This document shows, one piece after another, positions 24,273 to 37,100 of a stretch of 64,000 nucleotides of DNA. The translations under genes were made by a program, and so were the position numbers. The DNA comes from Podarcis vaucheri (taxonomy: Eukaryota), in NCBI GenBank assembly GCA_965113315.1, contig CBCOUM010000020.1; one strand, written 5' to 3'. The notes below the pieces were generated by a model that was not told where the DNA came from, did no database searches, and was given only the letters and a program-made list of their open reading frames with translations. How positions within the stretch are numbered: the stretch's first letter is position 1; each line of letters begins with the position of its first letter.

Positions 24273-24546
24273 GTAAGAGATTCAGTGATGATGTGTGCAA
24301 CGACTCCCATGTTTACCAGTTTAGCATCTCTCAAAATCGGGTCCAGAACCAAGTAAGCTGAAAAACATTATTGGTGGGTTGCACCCCTGGAATCAAATTC
24401 TGATTTTCCTGAAGCAGCTACTCAGGCAGGATTAACCTTCCAGAGCCATTGTAGCCACTTAAGAGTCACACTGGCCTGGCAGCAGTGCATTCATGGTTTT
24501 AAATAAATACAGCTGCCTTTAGATAGGTGTGTAGTGGCTGGATATA

Positions 24547-25020
24547 CCGTATTTTTCGCCCTATAGGACGCACCGGCCCATAGGACGCACCTAGATTTTT
24601 TGGGGGGAAATAAAGGGAAAAAATTTACCCCCCCCCGGTGCGGGGCTCGGGAAGCTCGGGCTTTGGCCACTTTGGCATCGCTCTGGGAGCTTGCGGGGCT
24701 GGAGGAGGGGAAAGCGGAGCTTCCCCCTCCCCCAGCCCCCAGAACGGGACCCAGAGCCATGTGGAAGCTGCGTGCAGCTTTGGCATCGCTCTGGGAGCTT
24801 GCGGGGCTGGAGGAAGGGAAAGCCCTCCGCCAGCCTTCTAGCCAAGTCAGGGGACAGCGGGAAAGGCGCGCTGCACCTCCCGCTGTCCCCCGAGTTTGCG
24901 GGGCTGGCGACGGGGCTCTCCAGGCTTCAGCGAAAGCCTGCATTGCCCCATAGGACGCACACACATTTCCCCTTCATTTTTGGAGGGGAAAAAGTGCATC
25001 CTATAGGGCGAAAAATACGG
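24547..25020. mobile_element. pogo/Tigger-like MITE (same family as 48714-49139)
   Basis: TIRs CCGTATTTTTCGCCCTATAGGA/TCCTATAGGGCGAAAAATACGG, TA TSD; explains GC-rich spurious ORFs. Confidence 0.88.
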
Positions 25021-26187
25021 TAAGCATAATTTTAGCAATACGTCAAAAGAAGTATCAGTGCATTTTGCAATTGAAAATAATTTTAATACAAAGGGGAAAT
25101 GTACATGTAACTCATATATGGTCCTTACACAACTGCACTTTCAAAATCGATTTTGATCTAGGGGGTGCCTCTTCTAATGGGAGAGGTAATTTTTGCTGAT
25201 TCCCCCTCCCCCTAGAAAAACAGCTTACATGATCTGGGGAACCCCCCTCCCCAGGACACAGTGGAAAATGGAGAGGGTCTGCAGGGTAAAAAGGGATATC
25301 CCTCTGAAAATCATATTCTGGATCAAAATACTTCAATGAGTCCAATGGCCCCAGTTGGGTTCTATCTGTTCGAAGTTTTTACACTTGGTAAAAATAAGAA
25401 TTATACGATTATTTTAAAGGGGGGAGAACAAAGAGTGGGTATACAGTATCGTAAAGGTGACTGTTCCAGTTGCTTCCATTTAGATGCTGCACAGGTTCTG
25501 GCAGTTGATAAGGGACACCTTACTACTTCTACGCCTTCAGTTCATGTACGGGAAGCTTTTTGCCCTTTAAATGTTGTTTCCCTACATCTCTCATCAACCT
25601 TAAATAACCATGCTTGCTCAGCCTAATGAGCCTTGTAGTTCAATAACTTCTGAAGGACTGAAGGCTCCCCACACTTGCTTCAGCCCATACTCTTCTTGTT
25701 GTTTTTCTTCAGATAACCAAACAATACAAATTTAGGCCTGCGTTGAAGCAAATACTTGGTAATTTGATTCACACTATATTTTGCAAGGGCATTTTAGTTA
25801 CCATGAGGCAGTTTCAGAGCCAAATGGAGAATGCCAGCTGCTGCAGACTGACACCTCCTAATCACAGCGTGGTTAAGATTGTAAAAAGGTGTGTTAAATC
25901 ACCAAGGAGTTCAATACAATTTGTAAAAGCTTCAAGAACAGCCTGCTGTTCTTTTAAAAACGTGTGTATTTGTTTTGGTGTGTTGTCATGTTGACATCCC
26001 CAGGGTTATGGCAGTTAGAATTATTTGATTTTACCAAAAATATAAAAGCAGAAGTACTGTGGACAACGCTTGAAGTAAAACAAATTATACCAGTAAGCCA
26101 ATAAGAATTTGCCTCTCTTTGCCCCAAATGCCCTGATGCAGGCAATTAATGAGACTTAAATTTAGTTTTTTCTTCTTCTTGGTTTAG

Positions 26188-26483
26188 GAGATGCATTCAG
26201 AGGGCTTGAACCCTCTGAGAATCAAGATGGCAATTTCTTCAGTGCGGTTGATAGTGACAATGATGACTGTGGCCCGTGTTTTGTGGGCGATGAGGCATTT
26301 GACAGCTGCGCTGGCGAGCTCTACGGTTCTGGGTGGTGGTTCAGTAACTGCGGCATGGCGGATCTCAACGGGATGTGGCATCCCAAAGACAGCTGTAGAG
26401 GTTGGGTATCTGGTGTGTACTGGAAAACATGGAGTAATATTGATTCACTGCTATTCAGTGAACTCAAGATAAAATGTACTTAG
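26188..26483 (+). CDS. Fibrinogen-domain gene last exon (ANGPTL5-like C-terminus)
   Basis: GDAFRG...FSAVDSDNDDCGPCFVGDEAFDSC...GWWFSNCGMADLNG...GVYWKTW...SELKIKCT-TAG; GDAFRG and extra-Cys loop resemble ANGPTL5. Confidence 0.93.
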
Positions 26484-28016
26484 CTGTAACAATGTCAGAC
26501 TCTCCAGCCTGAGATGGCTTGCGAGTTCGTTTCCCTTTCTGCAGCAATTTTAGTACTAAACCATCCCTGTGTTACTATGAATGTCAACCGCTTAGTAGCA
26601 AATCACTGTGTATGCAACATATAATCAAGTAGCAAGTCTGACTGATCTAAGAAATGAAGTTTCTGCAATTGATTGTTGAAGTCTTTCTAGTTTTTCAGTA
26701 GACGTAGTCCCCCCTTCCCCTTCCTTTTTGCCAAAACCATTTCAGTAATAAGGAATGTATATTTTAGTGTAGTCATAATCCTAGATATACTTCTACTGTC
26801 CCCTGTAGAACAAATTAGCTAGGAACACACCCGTATTTCCATCAAACCCCAATGCAAAGAGAGAAGTAAAATTAAAGACTTTGCTTAGTAACAGGCAAGA
26901 CAGTAGAGATGTGTCACCTGTGCCTTAGCAGTGCAACAGCTCCCCACCAGTTAATTTCTCTCTTTGATTATTCTCCAAATAGTTGCACCAAATTTCAAAG
27001 TTTATGGAATTTCCCCTCCTGGCAAAAACCAGCCGTTTACTGTGCTGCTCGGATGAACATCTCGCTCCCCCACCATTTTCTTCCTGGGCAAAATAATTGC
27101 ACACAAGAACCAAGCTAGTTTTTTGTGTGTTTTGTAAGTGGGCAGGGGTGTTTATTACTGTTGCTTGATATCTGCTCAGCTTTGTATGCTTTGCCCAGCT
27201 GAATGGAGGCCGCAAAATCCTTACCCTACTGTCCTAGAGAGAATAAAAGTGTGCTGTTACCAAAGCTAGAATTTAGAATTTGGGTTTTACAACTAAATGG
27301 GCTGGAGGAATTTAGGAGACAATGTCATTAACTCTGATTGCTGTTGTCAATGCAATGATTAGTGCATTCCATTAAACCATGAATTGGTTTATGCAATGCA
27401 ATTTATATCACATTCCTTTGTTGCTTTATTTCCTTCAATTTTCAGAATATGCCATTTGCTTTTTTTCAGATTTCATAAGGTCGTTAAGCTTTGTACACCA
27501 ATAAACCGTTTGATTCATTCCAGTTATACCCTTGAGTCTGTGGGCATCACTAGCTGTGCTTTACTTCCTGTTCCACTGGGTTGCTGCTCTTCTTCTCCAG
27601 CTGCTTTCTGAGCATGATGTTAGTAATACACACTGCTGACGACCAAGTGGTAGGTTTCTGCTTTGCTTTTTATTTCTTACACCTTTACATGAGAAGATTT
27701 CACAATGCTACTAGGAAAAATATACACATTAACAAATTTACACTAATGCACATATTGCTGTATCGGCACTTGGCAGCATGCTTTGCAGCACAGAGGAGAA
27801 TAAAAACTTCTACCATGCTAAGCAGGGTGGAATGACGTTATCTTCCTAGTTATGATGATATTTTCCATGGATCCTGTTCTATCCTTCAATTGTCTTTGAT
27901 AAACATGCTTTTCATTACAGAAGCATCTTGACACTGGCAGCTTTCAGTGTGCCAGTTAATGAAAACACGTAGCTGAGTCTTTTCTATCACTGGTTTGCAA
28001 TGTATTTTAAGAAAGC

Positions 28017-28108
28017 TCAGTTGTCTTTGTAGTAGTTATTAAAGTTGATTCGCAACAGGAAATCTTCCAGGTGAGGCTGGTACCCCCTGTTTACAAGCTT
28101 AGTTACTA
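28017..28108 (-). CDS. TUBGCP6: TUBGCP6 last coding exon
   Basis: VTKLVNRGYQPHLEDFLLRINFNNYYKDN-TGA. Confidence 0.94.
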
Positions 28109-31100
28109 CTGTAAGAAGAGAAAATAAAACACTTGTTTAATATGGCAAGAGATATACAGATCGGTCAGCCTCAAATCTCTGTCGCTCTGATATTCCTCTC
28201 TTAACAGTGTGCACAAGCTCAATGAGGTACGCAAGCGGCTACCCTCTTTTCTTTGTCCTAGCAGAGGTTTCATTTCAGTTGAGCCTATTCGTTTTTACAG
28301 GTTCCAACCAAGAACACTTTAGGCATCTGCTCTCTCTTTTATCGTAAATATTATTTCGCTTGCCCACGCTAACAAACTCGATTAAGCACAGCATTCTACA
28401 GATTTCGCTTACAACTGCTGCAAGGTCTGTTGAGCAAACATACATAGGACTGAAAGCAGAACGCCAAGTGGAAGGACTACAGCAGAGCACATCCTCTACA
28501 TGCCAACAGGCCAAGGTTCAATCTCTAGCATCCAGGAAGCTAGGGATGTTAAAGTGCTGTGTCTGCAATTCTGGAGAGTACTGCCAGCCAGAGGAGACAA
28601 ATAACTGGGCAAGACGGACAAGTAGCCTGACCCCAATGTAAGGTAACCTATGTTATCTTCTATAGGTGCTGCTCTTCCTGTCGAAGATCAAGCAAGCTTT
28701 ACACAATGGCCTGGTTCAGACATGACATTGATCCTGCTGGCCAGAGCTGACAGGAACTGCAGTCAAACAACATCTGAAGCATATTGGGTTGGGGAGGGCT
28801 GGTTTAAAATAGGAAAACAGTCACGACTAGGACCAGGCGTGAAATATCACCAGTTAACCATCACAATATAGTGATGTATCACGATGTCTGAAATAACACC
28901 GGAAAAGGCTGAGAAAGTGGCTGGGCTGTGGAGGGAGAAGCGACCAGGAGAAAGGGAAGGAAGCTGCCCACTTGCTTGGGCAAAGGCGCTCCAGCCCACT
29001 CCCCACCTCCCTCTGCAGCCCAGCCCCAGCAGAGGAAACATGAGTTGTTGTTCCTTTTGCACGTTTGTCTTTGCCAGTGCAAGTGCCTCTCTCCTCCTGG
29101 GCCCACCCTGCTTGCTTGGGCAAAGGCAAACATGCAGGCAGGTAATTTAAGCTGGCAAGACATTGCAGCTCGCCAGCCGCCAGCACAGCGCAGGAATGTG
29201 CTGTGCTGGTGGTGGCCAGGGAGCCGCAATGTATTGCCAGCTCAGAAAGTGTGAAACCAGTATTTTGATCTGAACTTCAGACTGGTTTCAGATGATGAAC
29301 TGAAACATCACCCGGCTCATGTCCTGTTGCCCCATCCCTAGACCTTGAAAACTCAGAAAAGCAGAAGAAAGCTTTTCCTGAGTGTCTGCACTAAGCAAAC
29401 TTGCCAAGAAACACTAAGACTTCCCAGCTGTCCTGTGCAGAGGATGTTTTTATTTCCAAACTGAGAAAATTGTGCCCCTCTGCCAGAAGTTGCTAGACTA
29501 CAACTTCCATCATCCCTTACCATCGGCCATGCTATCAGAGGCTGATGGGGAGTTTGGGGACAGCCCCCAGGTTCCCATCCTTGCAACAACAGAAGTCTTA
29601 CCGTTGAATAAGAAATGGGAGTAGTACTTGAATGTGTTATAAGACTGCTGCATTAAGCCAAAGTTGGGATGAACAGCCATTTGTTTGCTGGTATCGAAAC
29701 TCCACGACTGAGAAATTAACTGGCTACGGAACTTCAAAATGAGGCTGAAGATGCTGTGAATAATGTTCATTACAGGGGCTGCCTTTTCAGTCAACAATCC
29801 TCTGTCAAAAGAAAAGAGATGGTTTTGATATTAAGTTAGCAAGCAGCAATACTTTTCATCTGCAGCAATGTTTAGGAGCATCTTAAAGAACATGCCTGCT
29901 GAGGTTTGATCGCAGATGCAATTTTTGAATCGTTCCGGATAGGAAAGACAACGTGCCAGTTATATAGTGAATTTGTGTCCTTTGTATCTTCTTACCTTTC
30001 AGTACTAGGATATAGTTATCCTAAATAACATTTTGATGGACTAGATGCAGCCAGGTACTATATAGCATTTACTAAGGCAGTGTTTCCCAACCTTTTTTGG
30101 GCAAAGGCACACTTGTTTCATGAAAAAAATCTCGAGGCACACCACCATGCCAGATGGGGAAAGGTCACTTTTTACTTATGTAAAAAATAAAATAAAAAAA
30201 ATAGTAACAGCATAGAAGGTAATGGTTAGGCTAGCATCCCTCTTCCAAATATGCTAGGTTTTTATTTGCAGGGACTGTTCTACATGGGAAAGCATTCAGC
30301 ACTGTCATTCTCCCATCTGCCATCTGAATTGGTACTATTCTGGGTCAACTTACTCTGCTGCATGTGTAGATGAAAATGGCACCAAGTGTGGGGGAGGGGG
30401 CAGAACAGGTTTCAGATACAGGATATTAAGCATACACGTACTTCAGATTGAACTGGTTGCTTGCTTTGCAAGTTTTCATTTCCCAAATGACTGCCTTGGC
30501 AAGCGCAAATACCTACCAGGCTCAACGCCGGTCTCGCGCTGCCGCTTCCCGCGCTCTCAAGGACCCGGGAGGAGGAAGGCGTGAAGGGAATCCCGAAGGC
30601 GCGAAAACCTCGCGCATGCGCAGGCCTTCCGCCTGTGACAGCCCAGTAGGCCGAGCGGCGATGGGATGTGGGAGGGAGCTCGCTCGCCGCCCCGTGTGTG
30701 CCTATGTGGGGCACGTTACAGCCCCGTGACGTCAGCGCCACGCAGGCAGACGGCGAGAGCCCCGTGCTGGGCGGCCTCTCCTCGCCACCGCCGCCCCGCC
30801 TCTCGCCGCCCGACTCGCCCGCCTCCCTCCCACGGCACACCAGGCAACGTCTCGCGGCACACTAGTGTGCCGCGGAACACCGGTTGGGAAACACTGTACT
30901 AAGGCTTAGCTTGTTTCAGATTGCTACTGTAAGTCAGAGATGCATTTGCCCAGGGGGTGGGCCTGGCCTATATATCGCCTACGACCGGTATTAGGGGCAG
31001 ATCGCGATGACAGCTTCACTCAGTAGTATATCGCTGGTGAAACTGCCGCCTCCTGAGTCCCTCTGCTACCAGCGCCCAGTGCATTGAGGGGAAAACAAGC

Positions 31101-34100
31101 AGCAGCTGGGTGCTGGGACTCATGAGTGATGGATGTTTCCCCAGCGATATACTGTTGAGTGAAACCGCCATTGCAGTCTGCCCTGATACTGCTGCAGAGG
31201 GAGAAACAAGCTGTGATACAGCTTGTTCTTCCCTCTGTTTCAACAAGCCCCCCGTCACTCTGGCTCACAGTTAGCGCCCAGCCCTGTTAGTGGGGGGGGG
31301 TGTCATTCCACCCACAGCAAACGCACAAAGACATACACATACACCCTCCATAAATGATCCATGCAGACCAGCTGGCGTGGAATCTTATCACCCTCTCCTC
31401 AAACTATCAGTCGATAATTGGGGAGGGACAATATGCATCCACGCCAAGGGGCTGGGCTTAGAGGTTTAGGCCTTTCTGCTCTCTTTTGCGCTATAATTTC
31501 CCTGCTTTGGCCCCCTGAGGACAGGCACCGCTTCCAGAGACATTTCTGTCTCCATCTTCCTGCTCCTTCCCACTTCACTTTTCCCTTCCTCAGCCCATAA
31601 GCTGGGTGAGGGGAGAGGCATTGTGCAGTCTGCAAGAGAAATGGTCTGGTTCTCTTTCTCAGATGTTGTAAATCTGTTGAAAGCAAAGTGCAACTCTCCT
31701 TAGGCATTGCAAATATGTGCACTTGGACGAGGAGCTAAGTGGTGAGGCCTGCTAGTTCCTCCCGCTTTCCACATCACAATGGCAGCAGAACTGGTGGCAG
31801 AAGCCCACGTAAAGAAAAGACACGTCCACCCAACTTTCTAGTTACATGAGAATTGTCCATCTCTACACACAGACAAGGGGAGGCAAATGTGCAACGCTTT
31901 GTTAAGAAATATTCTTACCGGAAGATGGCTTTGTTGAGGTAGTCAGCATGCGTTCTGTAGATTTCCTCCAAGTTCCCTACAGAAGACAGTTTATTTCCAA
32001 ATTCACACCACGTCACGTGCAGGATTTGGTTGGCAATGTAGCCTTGAATAACTTTCACAAAGTGCTGCATTTCGTGCTTATAAAGCTGGAGCTGTCGAAA
32101 CTGAACTGAGTTGGATGCATGCTTCACCAGAGCTGAAAAACCAAAACGACAAGGATGGCTCACAGCGCCGGAAAAGGGACCGCCACTCTTGGCCCCCATG
32201 CCAAAGCAGAAGCAGCCAAGGTGCAAAGCGGGCACAGTCAGTTATTACTAACAAATTTTGTGAAGAGCCACAAAAATGTTGGGATCACAGTAGCAGGTGG
32301 CCTATGGGGCAGTCAGTAAAAAACCAATGTTTAAAGTTGTTACTTTTTCGGAGGGGGGGAATCTAAACTGTTCTTAAAATAGAAAAATCTCTGAGGCGTC
32401 TTGCAAGGGCACAAAACACTTAGCATGGCATCACAATAGGTGACCCACAGGAGCTGTCAGATTTTTTAGCATGGGGGTCATAGTATGTAGCCCACAGATT
32501 CACCATCCTGGTTTAATACGACTAGGACAGAGGTTTTCAATCATTTCTGAGTCCACGGCTCCCTTGACCAACTACATTCTTCCTGTGGCAACCCTGTGGG
32601 GCTCAGGAGCCCAGTTACGTCACCCCTTGCCTGCAGAGCCGGCTGCCTCTCACCCTTTTTTGAACACCCTCCCTTGTGGAGTGTTCCCTCTGTCTCCTCG
32701 CCACTCGGGAGTCCTCTGGGCAGCTGCAGCCCCAGGTTTCTGAGTCCCTCCTCCCCCACCACCACAAAGGGGCCTGGGAAGGACCCCCTGGCCAGCCCCA
32801 GAGGTAATATATGCCTGGCGAGCTCGTAGCCAGGGCCACTGCAACAAACAGCTGTGGAAACCTTTGGGAGGCAGAGATGTGAGGAGGGACAGAAGCCAGT
32901 GTTGCCCGCAGCACCCCTGACTATCATTCAAGGCACCCCAGGGTGCCACAGCACACTGGTTGAAAACCACTGTACTAGGAGACCAGATTAGAAATCAAAT
33001 AGATCTTACTTGAAAAAGGCTTTCATAAACTCACCCTCAATCAATATATCCATTTGTCTTTTTGTGCTTGGTTACGTTTTTCCTCTACTTTTTCAAATAT
33101 GGTATAGGGCAATACCTACAATGTACTAGGTGAAGCAGGAGTTATTTTTTCTTGCTATTGCATTAATAGCTCACAGAACAAACTGGAATACCACCCTTGA
33201 AAGACATTTTGCCTTTCTTTTATTCCATTTGGATGAGAATCCAAAACCCCTTCTGTTGTGTCAAAGCAAACCGCTTTCACCTTCAGTTATATGGGTTTGC
33301 GGTTGAATAATCAAACTCGCATGGAATATACTGTATTTACTCAAGTCTAAGGCACCATCAAATCTAATGTGCACCTCAATTTTCAGAGTCTTGAAACCAA
33401 ATAAAGTATTTGCTGGCGAATGTGAATGTGCCATCGAATCTAATGCACACCTCAATTTTCACAACGTAATTGGGCCAAAAAAGGTAATCATTAGATTCGA
33501 GTAAATACGGTAGAAATAGGAAACACAGTGACTTTTGATTTTACTCACTTATCTGAATCTTCTGAACAGGTTAGCTTTCAGGCTAAATAAAAGCAGTCAG
33601 ATTTTATCTTACCAGTTCGCTTTAAGTGGAACCAGACATCCTTAAGAGTCCACACCATATGCTTCAATTGCAGCAGGAAAGAGAAAATCTTGTTGTATTT
33701 ATTCATGCAGTTCTCAGTAATGACAATGTTCATAGGCCAGTCAACCTATAAAAAAACAAAAAAACCTATTATGACTGCATGTCTCCCAAGGCATCAGAAT
33801 ATTCCGCTGCCTGTTTAAGATGAGGATTACGTCACAGTTAGCAGAACAGAATGCATTTCTAAGTAGCATCAGAGAACAAGCAGGATCGATTAACTGCAAT
33901 GCATATAGGGGAATCTTAAAATCTGGCTCACTTCTCAACTCTTGTGTGCCTTCTCACCTTATAGCGTAGTTCTAAGCAGTTTAGGGCATCGGGCGCATTG
34001 GGCTTGAACATCTCTGGAAGGTACTTCAGTGCAAATGAGAGATTGGAAGCCAAGTGGGTGTCCCCATGGAGACTATATTGCAGAGCCTTATTTAAAATGG

Positions 34101-37100
34101 AATTGAGGACTAGTGGGTTCAAAAGTTCGCCAGGTGTCTGTCCTGATCCAAGCTGAAATTTGAAAACACATTAGATACTGAGAATTTGTTTGTCAGAATA
34201 AGCTTTCCAAAGTAGATAATGGGATTTTTTTAAAATGTTCATACAAACACTGTTCAAGCCAGAAAGTCCCTTCTATTTAAAACGTCCAAGAGAGGTTGTT
34301 CAGGTTGTGATCATTGAAACTACTGCCAAATGCTACACAATCCCTATATTTAGTAGCATATACGCATATAATATGATTTCCCCACATGCCGGCAACTAGA
34401 TATATAGTCAAGAATCAGGTATTTAAGGAAAAGCCTATGCAAATACCTTTTCAAAAAGTAGATCGCTGAGTGACTGAGCAAACTCTCCATCTTCCATCAA
34501 CAAAAAATGCCTTAGTGCTCCAAAATGCTTCTCAATATTTAGTTCCACAAAATAGTAGTCGACAATGGCTTTGTTCACAAGTGAAACACTAGGAGCAAAT
34601 GAAAACACACCAGTTACTTTTTTAAAAAAGCAAATAAAAAGGTAAAACTGCATTTTAGCTTCATGGATAGGGTAAATTAAAAATGGCCAACATTTTGATC
34701 CTCTACCCACAATCAAATTATAGGCTCCCTCCAAGTAATCTACTTCTATTGGGCCGGTACCTTTTGGCAGTCACTTGCAAAAAACACAGGATGCAGCAAG
34801 GATGTCAAGAAAACACCCTTTGAAAGAAATCCCAGTTGCCCATTGCCACCTCTGTTCATTACACTTGCGTGTAATTCTTTCTGCACTGTTCAAAATCTGT
34901 AACAGCTGCTATGTTCTAACTAGAAGCTTTACGGTTTCTCATTCTAGAGCAGAACACCAAACCTTCACTACTGGCCCCGTTCAATAGTTCAGTGGTGGTA
35001 GGTGGTGTCTGCACTGTACAGGGGAAGGAAGTGTGCAGAACCAAGCAGAGGCAGTGCAACCTGCGTTGCTGTCAAGGCTCTGGAATGGACAAGAGAAGTT
35101 TAAACCTCTACCACCTAGCGCTTTGACGCAGATAGAAATTGCTCCCTTCCCTGCTCCATCAAGTGAATGATCTGCATTCCCATTAAGGCACAAGGCTAGG
35201 CAAGGCAAGGCAGAGAAGTTCAGACCTTTTTGCCTGAAGGGCATTGAAATTCCGATGAGGAAGAAATGGAGCATAGACTCCCTATCCAGTCCAGTACCTT
35301 ACATTCAGACTGCTCTGTCCCTTCTTGGCTCTGCATGCTTTTCACCACACTCTGAAATCTGACTTTAATTGCCACATTTTTTTTAATGGGACCAATCCAT
35401 ACTGAGATCTCCCACCTGAAGAGCCATCAGTTTCAATGAAGGAAGCAAATCTCTATTGAGGTTCTTTGTGTGTATGACCCTGATTCTCCACTGAAAGAAA
35501 TAGGATTATACATGGTGATCTTCATAATGGATGAATGGCAGCATCGAGTTTGTAGTTTTTACTGTGTCTGTGTGTGTATGTGGAGTTTTGGCCGGCCCTA
35601 GAGGATTGGTGAAGGGTCCATGAAGACCTCGGGTTGAAAAACACCCCCCCCCCAACATTCTGAAGTGAATGGACAGTGGATAAGAACTCTGAGGCACATC
35701 TAGCCTGGAAAAGAGAAGACTGTGGAGGAACTATGATTTGCAGTTTAAAGATCCGCTAAAGAATGCCATCCAGTAATAGATATCTGAACTATATACTGCT
35801 GAATCAGTTCACATTTCTTGTTGCAACAGTCACTGAATTGCTTACCTTACTAACCAAATAAAAGGAAAGAAGGTCAATGTATGTACTGGTGTGTTTCCCA
35901 ATTAAGGAAAGAATACGAGCTATATTATTACTACAAGGTTGACCGATCACTTCTAAATTTAACTTACTGAGAAACCAAAGGGGCAGTGATTGACCGTTTC
36001 ATCAGTACTGGGAGTGATAAGAGCTCGCTCAGTTGTACAGCTGTTTCGTCTGTTGCTGACTGCGCTGATGGGTCCACAGGGAAGGTGTAGGATCTTGGTA
36101 TCACATGATGCAGAAGATGGGAAACTGGAAGTTCTGCTGTGTTAGAGCATAGGTAAAAACAATGATTACTGTTTCCAAAGCACTTTCAAAACAAAATGCT
36201 ATACAGCAAATAAAAATTAGAGGCAACCATTACGGCCAGTGAGCCCATTTCAAATTTCAAGGAAGTGTGGTGGGTGGCAGTCACGGAGTGGGGCGGGGGG
36301 GGGGCATGGCAAAACACAAAAATAGAGAGTGTGTGGTCACGGCTGCTCCACGTTTCCCAAGATAACCTCATGCTTGGAAGTCACCCATGTTCTGCTGGTC
36401 CTGATTGTGGAGATCGAACAATACTGATCTCCCTGACACACAATGCTGTTGATGTTTAATAAGAGGAAGCATTCCTTCCTCCAGTGCAAGATAAAATACA
36501 CAAGGTGGCCACAGTTTCTCTCGTACACAGCACACACTTCACATATGCACACCCACATATACATGCCTCCCTCTCTCACCACACTTCCTCACACACAGAG
36601 CCACACGTACATCTCCCCTCCCCCCACTCTGCCCAAATATATCCGTCTCAATCACACACACCACACACATTCAGAAAAGCCTCTCAATTGGCGAAGGAAG
36701 TGCCGGTCATTAAAAAAAAAAAAACACAGGGTGAACAAAAATATATTTAAATGATGTTCCAAAAGAAAAGTGAGAGGGGCGTTCTAATATCCGGAGGCAC
36801 GGCATTTCAGAAGTAATTAATAAAAGGGTACGAGTGAATGCAATTTAGAGTTTAACCAAATGAGGCCTACAGAATCCTGCACAAACCTGTGCCGCAACAC
36901 TGCTGCAGTCTGGTACTACTTATTTGGACCCGTGAGAATCCGCAAAGGATTGACACAATCTCTGTGTGCCTTAATGATGCCAAGTGTGCAAAGTCAGGAT
37001 GATGGCACAATAAAAAAACCTTTCTGTCTATAAGAACAGGTATAGGACAGCATATAAATTCAATTAATAAATAATGATGATGATGATGTTACCCATACCA

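Noticed and set aside
24491-25038. Cluster of GC-rich 60-157 aa ORFs (also 48728-49222)
   Set aside because: Interior of a repeated TA-flanked MITE; open frames on both strands reflect GC content
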